64,000 nt of DNA, taken from the NCBI GenBank assembly GCA_013152925.1, contig JAADFK010000085.1, positions 1,448-65,447 on the forward strand, read 5' to 3'. A program made the position numbers and the translations under genes. Positions 11,250 through 22,212 of the stretch are shown one piece after another (the stretch's first letter is position 1; each line of letters opens with the position of its first letter). This stretch comes from Acidobacteriota bacterium. GTDB lineage: Bacteria; Acidobacteriota; Thermoanaerobaculia; Thermoanaerobaculales; Sulfomarinibacteraceae. The notes beneath the pieces were generated by a model that saw only the letters and a list, made by a program, of their open reading frames with translations, was not told the origin of the DNA and made no database searches.

Positions 11250-11561
11250 GCCCCCCTTACTCTATCCGAAACCGTGAGGGACTCGCCCCTTGCTGCAAGA
11301 TTTGCAGATTCCGGGCCTCGAGCTCCTGGATTCGGGCGGAAGGGCTCATCCCCGCGTCCTCCCCGGCCGCGGTGGAAAACACCCGACGATACAGGCCTTC
11401 ACAAGGCCTTCCACCCGCCCGTTCCCAATTCCACCGTGACCAAACAGCCCCAGCGCCTCTGGCCGCCCTCAGGGTCCGTCGCAGGCGCCGCCGCCGGGAG
11501 AAACGCCGCAATGGCGTACCTTCCGGCGGTCGCAGCAGAAAACCGGCGCGGGCGACGGACC

Positions 11562-11594
11562 CCAAAAAGCAAGGGGCACGGCGAGCCGTGCCCC
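11562..11594 (-). terminator. Rho-independent terminator downstream of lpxC
   Basis: On the minus strand: GGGGCACGG-CTCG-CCGTGCCCC followed by TTGCTTTTTGG, beginning about 30 nt after the lpxC stop. Confidence 0.7.
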
Positions 11595-11626
11595 GTGGAA
11601 GCCGCCGAAGCGGATGCGTGGTTCGG

Positions 11627-12538
11627 CTAGAAGCCCATGACAGCGGGCATCTCCATGTCCAGGGCCCGGGGCACGGTCAGCACCGCCTGGGAGCGATCGC
11701 CAACCAGCTCCCAGCTTTCGGGGTTGGCGAGGATGGCGCGTACCAGGGCCGCGTGAAGGGCATGCCCCGCCTTGTGGGCCGTGACAGAGGCCTGGATCGG
11801 GTACTCGAGGAGCGCCAGGTCGCCGATCAGGTCGAGGACCTTGTGCCGGACGAACTCGTCGGGGAAGCGGAGCTCGCCCGAAATGACCCGATGGTCGTCG
11901 ACGACGACGCAGTTGCTGAGCGAGCCGCCGCGGGCGAGTCCCTGGCTCTTGAGGTACTTGACATCCTTGAGGAAGCCGAAGGTCCGAGCCGGGGCGATCT
12001 CTTTACGGTAGCTTTCCGGAGAGATACACCCAACGTAGCGCTGGAACCCCACCAGGGGGTTGTCGAACGAGATCCTGTAGTCCACCTCGAGCCCGTCGGA
12101 CGGCTCCGCCCGGATCCACTTCTCACCATCGTGGACCTCGATGGGCCGCGTCAGGCGGAGCGTCATGACGGGGCGCTCCTGCTCACGGATGCCAGCGTCC
12201 TCGATCAACTCGACAAAGGGCTCGGCCGAGCCATCAACGATGGGGACCTCACCACCCTCCAGGTGGATAAACACGTTATCGATGTTCAGGCCGCGCAGGG
12301 CGGAGAGAAGATGCTCCACGGTCGAAATGGCCGATTCGCCGAGACCGATCCGCGTGGCGAAGGAAAGCTCCTGGGCGTGATCCACCTGGGCGGGGATGAC
12401 CGTGCCGGTCTCTCCGTGATGAAAGAGGATTCCATGATCCACGGGCGCCGGCTCGAGCCACATGCAGCTCGGAGCGCCGGTGTGAAGGCCGATCCCTTCC
12501 ACCTTGACCGGCCGTTGGATCGTGTTCTGATTCCGCAT
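11627..12538 (-). CDS. lpxC: UDP-3-O-acyl-N-acetylglucosamine deacetylase
   Basis: Translation carries LpxC hallmarks (VKVEGIGLHTG, EHLLSAL, FGFLKDV, HKVLDLIGDL, HKAGHALH). Start ATG 12538 (MRNQNT...) is preferred over 12550 because it leaves a G-rich SD and fits the promoter spacing. Confidence 0.92.
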   Translation of the reverse strand: MRNQNTIQRPVKVEGIGLHTGAPSCMWLEPAPVDHGILFHHGETGTVIPAQVDHAQELSFATRIGLGESAISTVEHLLSALRGLNIDNVFIHLEGGEVPIVDGSAEPFVELIEDAGIREQERPVMTLRLTRPIEVHDGEKWIRAEPSDGLEVDYRISFDNPLVGFQRYVGCISPESYRKEIAPARTFGFLKDVKYLKSQGLARGGSLSNCVVVDDHRVISGELRFPDEFVRHKVLDLIGDLALLEYPIQASVTAHKAGHALHAALVRAILANPESWELVGDRSQAVLTVPRALDMEMPAVMGF

Positions 12539-12565
12539 CACACCCCCCATTCGGCGCCTGAATAC

Positions 12566-12580
12566 GCAAGGAGCGTGCCA
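12566..12580 (-). promoter_or_regulatory. Sigma-54 promoter immediately upstream of lpxC
   Basis: The minus strand reads TGGCACGCTCCTTGCG, an exact TGGCACG-N4-TTGC. The -12 element is about 28 nt upstream of ATG 12538. Confidence 0.55.
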
Positions 12581-12610
12581 CCGGAGTGGCTCAGACCGAA
12601 GTTCTTTTCT

Positions 12611-12626
12611 TGCAATGGTTGTGCCG
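12611..12626 (-). promoter_or_regulatory. Second, near-consensus sigma-54-like element upstream of lpxC
   Basis: The minus strand reads CGGCAC-AACCA-TTGCA (one mismatch, first T to C), 46 nt upstream of the exact site. Confidence 0.3.
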
Positions 12627-12861
12627 ATTCAGGACGAGAGGAGCGCGGTGGCTGACGTTGTGCCGATCCCACACCTGTTGGGAAAAGGACACAGATGGCG
12701 GCGCCGCGGGGCGCCGGGATGGAGGGAAAAACCGGAGTCTTGGCGAACACGGGTGGCCGGAGTCCGGGGGAGCGCCGATGGGCGTGGGCCACGTTGCGGC
12801 GGGAATGCGCTATTCTGGGAGACCGGGCAGCACCCCAACGCCGCCCGTGAAAGGAGACGGT

Positions 12862-14370
12862 GTGAGCGCGGATATCGCGGGCTGGACCCCGGCGTTCGAG
12901 CGGAGGTTCAAGGAGCTGCTGTACAGGTTCCTGGAAGATGTGCAGGCCACCAAGGCCGCCCTCTACCTGCTGGCCGACGATGGGAGCTATGTGCTGGCCA
13001 CCCAGTACGGTTTCGGCCGCCGCGACCTGCTGGCGGCCGAACATCTTCCGGAGGACCCCATGGTGGTTCTCGTACGGCAGCTGCGCTCGGTGCCGCGGGC
13101 CTTCAACGGCCCCGACGAGGTCCCGGAGCTGGCCCGCTATCTCGAAGGCGCCGGGACCGCACGGTTGCTGTTGGTGCCCCTCTTCGCCGCCTCCAGGATC
13201 TTCGGTTTCATCGACGTTCGGGACAAGGGCCGGCGGCGGAAGTTTACCCCGCCGGACGTGACGACGGCTGGCGCCATCGCCGCCGACATGATGGCGGCCC
13301 TGCGGGAGACCAACCTCTATCCGGAGCTCGTCGCCACGGCGGTCCAGGAGCCGGTCCTGCCCGGACCGCCGGGCGAGGTCCCCCAGATCCTGATGGATGA
13401 GAGCGGGCTGGATCGGGAAGCCCTGGCGGCACTGCTCGGTGACGCTGCCTCGCTGGCTGCTTGCCCGGGCGTGCACGCTGTCGCGGTGACCCAGTGGGAG
13501 GGTGAGCGGTGTCAGACCGTCGTCCTTGCATCGAGCGAGCTCCTGGACGAGGGCGCGGCCGCGCTGCGGCGCCACCAGGCGGATGAGCTTCGCCGCCACG
13601 GCTGGCCGGTTCCCGCCGATGAGGCCTGGGAGCTCCTCGTGCGGCGTGTGGAGGCGGTGGCGCCAGCCGACGGGCACACCATCGCCACCTCAGGCCTTCC
13701 CGGGAGACCCGGCGTACCGCTGGTCATCTCCGTGGTGGCTGGAAAGGCAGGGGAGGCCCGGCGTCATCTGGCCGTGGCTCTGAGGCGTGCCGAGGAGCAC
13801 GCGCGGACCAGCGAGCTCCGCTTCAGCCGCCGCCGGATGGTCCGCAAGCTTCTGGCCACCCCCGGGGACGAGATGGATCCCCTGCGGCGCCACGGCGAGC
13901 AGGTGTCGCGCGTGTCCTGGAACCTCGGCCACGTTCTCGATCTTCCCGGCGGGGAGTTGGAGGAGGTGGCGCTCGCCGGTCTCGTCCACGACATCGGGAT
14001 GCCGGAGATCCTGGGCGACGCCCCCTACCGGAACCCCCATCCGGGGCCCGAGGAACGGCACATGTACCGGCGGCACGCGCAGGCGGGCGAGCGGCGGCTC
14101 CTGGATCTTGGGCTCAGGAGCCTGGCCTCCATCGTTCGCCACCACCACGAGCGTTGGGATGGCGGGGGATATCCCGACCGGCTGGCCGGGGAGGCCATCC
14201 CGTTGACCGCGCGGATCGTTCACGTGGCGGAGGTCTACGACGTCCTGACCTCCACCAGCTCCTACCGGCGCACGGTGGCGCCGCAGCGCGCCCTGGCCAT
14301 CCTCAAGGCGGCCGCCGGACAGCAGTTCGATCCGCGGGTCGTGAGAGCGCTGGAGCAGGTGCTTCCATGA
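12862..14370 (+). CDS. GAF-like / HD-GYP domain protein (putative c-di-GMP phosphodiesterase)
   Basis: ORF 12586..14370. The preferred start GTG 12862 is preceded by AAGGAG (12851-12856). C-terminal HD-GYP motifs LVHDIGM and HHERWDGGGYP. The N-terminal half is GAF-like. Confidence 0.8.
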   Translation: MSADIAGWTPAFERRFKELLYRFLEDVQATKAALYLLADDGSYVLATQYGFGRRDLLAAEHLPEDPMVVLVRQLRSVPRAFNGPDEVPELARYLEGAGTARLLLVPLFAASRIFGFIDVRDKGRRRKFTPPDVTTAGAIAADMMAALRETNLYPELVATAVQEPVLPGPPGEVPQILMDESGLDREALAALLGDAASLAACPGVHAVAVTQWEGERCQTVVLASSELLDEGAAALRRHQADELRRHGWPVPADEAWELLVRRVEAVAPADGHTIATSGLPGRPGVPLVISVVAGKAGEARRHLAVALRRAEEHARTSELRFSRRRMVRKLLATPGDEMDPLRRHGEQVSRVSWNLGHVLDLPGGELEEVALAGLVHDIGMPEILGDAPYRNPHPGPEERHMYRRHAQAGERRLLDLGLRSLASIVRHHHERWDGGGYPDRLAGEAIPLTARIVHVAEVYDVLTSTSSYRRTVAPQRALAILKAAAGQQFDPRVVRALEQVLP

Positions 14371-14834
14371 AGGACAGGGCCGGGCGGAAGATCCTGGCGA
14401 CCAACCGGAAGGCACGTCACGCCTTCGAGATCCTGGAGCGCCTCGAGGCCGGGATCGAGCTGCTGGGCACCGAGGTCAAGGCCGTCCGGGCCGGCCGGAT
14501 CAACCTCAAGGAAGGTCACGTCAGCTTCTCCGGCGGGGAGGCCTTCCTGGTGGGCTGCCACATCAGCCCCTACGAGCACGCCGGCTACTCGGTTCATGAC
14601 CCGCTGCGCCGGCGAAAGCTGCTGCTCCACAAGCGGGAAATCCTGCGATTGGCCAGCAAGGTCCAGGAGAAGGGCTACACGGTGATCCCCCTCTCGGTGT
14701 ACCTCGACGGAAACTGGATCAAGGTGGAGATCGCCCTGGCCCGGGGCAAGCACCTCCACGACAAGCGGGAGACGCTGCGCCGCCGTACCCTGGACCGCGA
14801 GGCCGAACAGGCCATCAAGGAGCGGAGCGGGTGA
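14367..14834 (+). CDS. smpB: SsrA-binding protein
   Basis: 155 aa: [34 protein letters not shown]...KLLLHKREI...[17 protein letters not shown] overlap with the upstream stop. Confidence 0.92.
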   Translation: MKDRAGRKILATNRKARHAFEILERLEAGIELLGTEVKAVRAGRINLKEGHVSFSGGEAFLVGCHISPYEHAGYSVHDPLRRRKLLLHKREILRLASKVQEKGYTVIPLSVYLDGNWIKVEIALARGKHLHDKRETLRRRTLDREAEQAIKERSG

Positions 14835-14920
14835 GGAGGCAAGAGTGAGGTGTGAAGGGCGAGGGGATGGAGCTCGGGGGATAGACGATAGACGATAGAG
14901 GAAAGAAGGGGAGCGGGGGA

Positions 14921-17773
<2,853 letters not shown>

Positions 17774-17850
17774 GGCGTTGCCTTCTGACAACCACCAAAT
17801 CGGAAAATCGCCAGTTCTGGTCCAGTCCCTTTATCGTCTCCCACCTGAGT

Positions 17851-17865
17851 TGGTATGGATTGTGC
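17851..17865 (+). promoter_or_regulatory. Weak sigma-54-like element upstream of the GspG-tail gene
   Basis: TGGTATGGATTGTGC has GG and GC correctly spaced. It matches 8 of 11 fixed consensus positions of TGGCACG-N4-TTGC. It sits 26 nt before ATG 17891, which has a GGAGGG SD. Confidence 0.3.
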
Positions 17866-17890
17866 GTCCTCAACCCCGGTGGAGGGTGTC

Positions 17891-19305
17891 ATGCTACGTA
17901 CTGGATCAAGGCTGCCTACTTTATCCTCTTGCATCCTGGCTCTCGTCCTGGTGTTGGTCCCCTTTTCCGGCCAAGCGCAGGGAAGCAACGGCCAGCTCAT
18001 CAACCGCCTTCCGAGCGATCCCCTGGTGGCCGGGTACTGTAACGGTGACACCCCGGCGCAGGATTACGACAATCTCCTCGACCTCCTCGACCTCCTCGAC
18101 CTCCTCGACCTCCTCGACCTCCTCGACCTCCTCGAACTCCTCGACCTCGTCGGGCTAGTGGCCGGAGACGACCCCCAGGCCGCCGAGCAGATCCACCAGG
18201 TGATCCGCCAGATCGACGAGGCCCTCGGCCTTTCCCTGCGGAACGACATTCTGGCGTCGCTGGGCTCCGAGCTGGGCGTTTGGACATCCGTTCCCTGGAC
18301 CGGCTGGCCGGCGCCCTGAACAAGCCCGGCGGGTCCCCGGACGAGGTATTCGCAGAGCTCGATTTCTGTCTCCTCGCAAGGGTCACGGCTCCCGCGAAGC
18401 TCGACGCCGCCCTCCGGAAGGTCGCCCGGAAGAACGGAGCCACTGTGAAGGACGACGGCACCACGGTCCATCTCCTGTGGAAGGGGGCCGGCGCCAGCGA
18501 CGATCTGGGGCTCAGTTACTCGATCCACCGTGGGGTCCTGGCGCTCTCCCCCGCCAACACGACCGAAATCCCCGGCGGCCGGGTACAGGCCTTCGGACAC
18601 CGCATCACCGACGGGAAGGATTTCCGCACGGTGTTCAGCCACCTTGACCCCAATCCCTCGCACTGGCTCTACCTCAACCTGCCCAGGCTCCGGCAGCTCC
18701 TCCTCAGCTCCAGCGTCATCGCACGTGGGCTTTCCAGCGAGCCCGAGACTCGCAGCCTCTATGAGCGGTATGCCACGCCATCTCAGATCCCCACTGGCCT
18801 GGGCGTGACGGTCGTCGAGGTTGACCACGGCGTTCGTCAGACCACCTACGGTCCCAAGCTCTTCTCCTCGCTCGGCATGGGTAAGATCTACCCCCTGATT
18901 CTCGGCGCCATCGCCATCCCCAACTTGCTCAACGCGACCAACCGGGGCTGGCAGAATCGGACCATGATGGACATCCGGACCATCGGTATCGCCATCGAGG
19001 AGTACAACGTGGACTACGGCAGCTACCCGTCCACCGGAGGAGCATGGGTGAACGCGGCCGAGCTCGCGCCAAAGCTCTCCTCCACGTACCTCAAGAACCT
19101 CCCCCGAACCGACGCCTGGGGACACCCCTTCCGCGTCTGGAGCGACGTCCAGTCCTACATCATCGTCAGCCCCGCCGACAACGGCACGATCGACCGCGAC
19201 TGGCTCGGCCAATCCGCTCCGGAGCCGTCCACCAAGTTTGCAGCCGACATCGTCTTCAAGGACGGCACATTCCTCCAGTGGCCCGAGAGCTTGCTGACGG
19301 ACTGA
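17891..19305 (+). pseudogene. Secreted protein with (LLD)n repeat and C-terminal GspG-like module, split by a frameshift near 18278-18282
   Basis: Fragment 1 is 17891..18319 (signal peptide MLRTGSRLPTLSSCILALVLVLVPFSGQAQG, then the LLD repeat). Fragment 2 is 18280..19305 in the -1 frame. The sense continues across the junction (...ILASLGSELGV / LDIRSLDRLAGAL...). This could be a real frameshift or an assembly error. Confidence 0.55.
18074..18145 (+). repeat. 9-bp tandem repeat CTCCTCGAC x8 (6 perfect copies) encoding (LLD)n
   Basis: Read directly. Units run from 18074, with one variant (CTCCTCGAA at 18128-18136). In frame within the CDS (DNLLDLLDLLDLLDLLDLLDLLELLDL). Confidence 0.95.
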
Positions 19306-19878
19306 GGCCGGACGGAATCCCTGTACTCCCCCTCGTACCAGACAGAAAGCTTCGGCGGCGTCGCGCAATCGTTTGGCAAGATGCTCACTCGATTGGCGAA
19401 ATCAGTCACCCAGCGGCGGAGGAAAACCGATAAACGGATAAAGGGCACGCTGTTCTGTATGTTCCCTGAAGGAATGCCTCTCCCTGCCACTGAAAGCCGG
19501 GCGGGCTCTCTCTGCCCCCACCCCGAAATGGGGGGGGATGCATGGCCAAAACCCCAGGCCGCCAAGAACCACGAGAGCACCCTTCCAGGACCATCCACCA
19601 ACGAAGATTCGTGGCAATTGCCAGCACCGTTGTGTGTCTGTCGCCGCTGAACCAGTACAGCAAGGGTCCTACTGTCGGTGCTCACTCCGGGCCTGCTGCC
19701 GGCGAAGGTGGCCGGTGAGATTCTTGGGGAAGGTGCGTGAAGAACAAGCGCCGAAGCTGCACGGAGAGGTTTCGGGCGTGAGTGCCACGCGGGAAAGCGC
19801 CCCGTCGGCCCGATGGTTCCAACCCGGCCAGGGCCGGGCCTTTCCGATGCAGGCCGGAGTTCCCAAGTTCCCTTTCTC

Positions 19879-21201
19879 TCACGGTTTGGGCCAATGGGCG
19901 ATCCACGGTGGAGGGGGGGGCCACCTGCCCTCTGCCATGGCCCGGCGTTCCTCACCCACGCAGTGGGCAACTCGCAAGGCACCGTGGCGTACCAGATCGC
20001 GTTGGACTTGCCTCACGGTTTGTGCCGCCAGCTGGCGGCGGCCCGCCAGATATCGGGCCCGCGCCGCGAGCATGAGATCGATCGGATCCGAACACAGGCC
20101 CAGCAGGTGCTCGGCCAGACGCTCCCCCATCTCCGGAGCACCTTGGACCGTGATCAGCGCACGGAGCAGATCAGCGACCTGTCCGCTCTCCTCCAACCGA
20201 TCGACTCCCCGGTACGTCACACCCTTGATCAAGAGCATGACCGCCTCTCTGCACCCGTTCATCCGTGCAAGTCGAAGTAGCTTTCTTCGAGATCCCCAGC
20301 CCTGAGCATTCTCGAGAAGAAAACGAGCCATCCGATCCGCATCGGTCGAACGAGCCTCACGCAATGCCCGGCGCAACGCCCCACCAACTTCCAGGTGATG
20401 ATGTTGGCTCGCAAACACGAGCCCGACAAGCCCGGGGCCTGCCACTTCCGCTGGATCTTCCGGCAGATCGAGCCTGGTCCATCCACTTTTCCGGCCGCCG
20501 TCCGCAGCCTCGTCATAGAGCATCGCAAACGCCTCGAGCCGTGCCGACATGACGAGATCGCGGATCCCCTTGGAGAGCTTCGCCAGGCCCTCGTTCTCCG
20601 CCTCGGCCACGGCTTCCCCGTAGAGCCCGCGCCTCGCAAGCCGGCGCACGCACTTCTCTACCTCCTCCCGGCTGTGCTCGGTCTGCGCACGATAGCCGGC
20701 AAACCATCGGTCGAACGTGTCCCCACGGAGGATCTTCTCGATGTGCTCCCCCATGGACCGCGGACCCCCATAGCCAATGATCCGGTCGATCTCCCGATCA
20801 GATGCGTCTTCAATGACGATTGTGGGGACGAAAGATATCTTGAAGCGTCTGACCTCGGGCCCATCTTCACCCAAGGGAACATCGAGTCGAACACGGACGA
20901 AGGGCTTCAACGCGTCCCGCAGCGTCTGACTGGTTTCCATGTCGGCTTCCAGCCGATGACAGACACCTCACCAGTCCCCCGTGAACAGCACGAGCAGTTT
21001 CTTGTTCTCCCGCTTCGCGACCTTCAATCCCTGCTGCAGGTCTCCATCGATCCAGCGCAGCTCGTGCAGCCGATGCCACAGTAGTCCGGCCCCGCGCGCC
21101 GTGCCCACAGCCAGTGCCAACCCGAGGAGAACGCCGGACCAGCGCTTCCAGCTGAAACGTCGGCTTCGCCCCGCCTGTCCCCACTCAGTTATCCGACCCA
21201 T
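19879..21201 (-). CDS. Membrane-anchored thioredoxin-fold protein with in-frame UGA (candidate selenocysteine, UxxC) and a helical C-terminal domain
   Basis: ORFs 20968..21255 and 19879..20940 share one frame and are separated only by TGA 20968-20970. Read-through gives ...KKLLVLFTGDW-U-GVCHRLEADMETSQTLRDALKPFVRVRLDV..., a thioredoxin WCxxC context. Start ATG 21201 gives a TM anchor (WSGVLLGLALAVG). Confidence 0.6.
20924..20970 (-). other. UGA plus SECIS-like stem-loop
   Basis: The mRNA reads UGA-GGUGUCUGUCAUCGGC[UGGAA]GCCGACAUGG...CAGAC. The inner stem is UCGGC/GCCGA, extended by CA/UG with a 2-nt bulge. The outer stem is GUCUG/CAGAC. The apical loop begins 16 nt after the UGA and has G at its second position. 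Confidence 0.45.
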
Positions 21202-21700
21202 GCCGCTCCTCCGTAAACAGCGATCGAATCGGGATCGGGCCCGTTGGTGTCCCATCCAGCCGAACGCCGCCGTCGAACTGTTCCCGCGCCGGATCGTAGC
21301 CCTGCGTGAACACGACGGTTCCCAGGTACTGCGTGATGATCGTGCTCGGGATCATGTGGGCGGTCATGACGTTTCCAAAAACCTCATTGACATGATCGAT
21401 CAGCCCGGACTGACCCGGGTCTGCGAGGGAGATGTACACCCGGCGGGACCCGTCGGCGTACTTGAGAATCGCCCTTTCCAGCTCCCTGCAGAAGGAGCAC
21501 CATTCTGCCGAGATCACGAGAATCGAGGGCCTTCGCGATCTGCCGACCTCGTCGATGGTTCGTGTCGCCTCTTTTTGCGTCCGGATGTAGGTAACCCTGG
21601 CCTGCTGCCTTCCCCTGCCGCAACCCGGAGACGCTGCCAGAACACCGGCCGCCACGATCCTAGCGAGAAGGGCGACGGGATGAAACAACCCGTTTCTCAT
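21185..21700 (-). CDS. Thioredoxin-like lipoprotein (CxxC)
   Basis: ATG 21700 gives a lipobox (VLAASPGC). Thioredoxin motif ILVISAEWCSFCRELE. The 3' end overlaps the next gene start by 17 nt. Confidence 0.7.
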   Translation of the reverse strand: MRNGLFHPVALLARIVAAGVLAASPGCGRGRQQARVTYIRTQKEATRTIDEVGRSRRPSILVISAEWCSFCRELERAILKYADGSRRVYISLADPGQSGLIDHVNEVFGNVMTAHMIPSTIITQYLGTVVFTQGYDPAREQFDGGVRLDGTPTGPIPIRSLFTEERHGSDN

Positions 21701-21763
21701 GGATGACCGGAAAATCCCGAGATGGAAGTTTCTGTGGACGGGTACCAGCATGGTTTCATCTCC

Positions 21764-22212
21764 CTACCTCGGGAACATGGCGGGAAGGCAAGGGATCGGC
21801 ACCTCCGCGGCACAGGGCCCGATTCCCGGAACAGGTCCTCTCGTCTCATACCTGGTGTCCGTCACACGGGATACCTTCGGCGTTTCGACGCGCATTCCGG
21901 CCAGCCAGCCGCCCTCGTCGTCGAGGAGCTGTACGAGATTGAAGGACTCTGCTCCCTCCCCGGTGTTGTCCCGAGCGAAGGCACCGGAATTGTGAGGCGT
22001 AAGACAGCCCCCTCGGTGTTCAAGAAGACCACCTCCTGATCCCCGGCGACCCCAAGCGCGGCTCTGCTGGCCTGCCAGAGCGCCGCCTTGAGCTCGGCTC
22101 TGCCGGCCCGTGAAGAGAGGAACGGCCAGTACAACGTTCCCGGCACGGCACAACGACCTCCCGGCCGCAGGACGTTGGGAGGCTCCGGGCCGAGGGCAGC
22201 GTCACTCGCCAA
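21764..22212 (-). pseudogene. Possible frameshifted small SnoaL/DUF4440-like gene
   Basis: Two overlapping minus-strand ORFs (21862..22212 and 21764..22153) read sensibly if joined at a C5/G5 run (22008-22012): ...AELKAALWQASRAALGVAGDQEVVFLNTEG / ...NSGAFARDNTGEGAESFNLVQLLDDEGGWLAGMRVE. Family resemblance is by pattern only. Confidence 0.25.

Noticed and set aside
11257-11565. 102-aa minus-strand ORF between lpxC and the histidine kinase gene
   Set aside because: Arg-rich, with no motif, and it overlaps the lpxC terminator hairpin. It is most likely non-coding leader or promoter DNA for the HK/RR operon.
12538-13677. 379-aa minus-strand ORF opposite the GAF/HD-GYP gene
   Set aside because: No recognisable motifs. 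The plus-strand frame carries HD-GYP signatures and a strong SD/GTG start. It is a GC-driven antisense ORF.
14835-14920. Looked for tmRNA (ssrA) next to smpB
   Set aside because: There is no tRNA-like 5' GGGGC.../3' ...TCCACCA ends or T-loop. The gap is only 86 nt. No tRNA-like T-loop (GTTCRA) context was noticed elsewhere in the intergenic regions I read.
18074-18145. Considered a CRISPR-like or minisatellite array
   Set aside because: The units are 9 bp, contiguous, without spacers, and in frame inside a CDS. It is a coding microsatellite, not a CRISPR array.
18880-19305. Considered a bona fide T2SS/type IV pilin gene
   Set aside because: The GspG-like module is internal/C-terminal to larger proteins. 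It lacks the G/FTLIE prepilin peptidase site. No GspD/E/F or PilB/C/Q genes are nearby.
19155-19982. 275-aa minus-strand ORF across the 19.3-19.9 kb gap
   Set aside because: It overlaps the 3' ends of both convergent genes. The translation is Pro/Arg/Gly-rich without motifs and is out of frame with the selenoprotein candidate.
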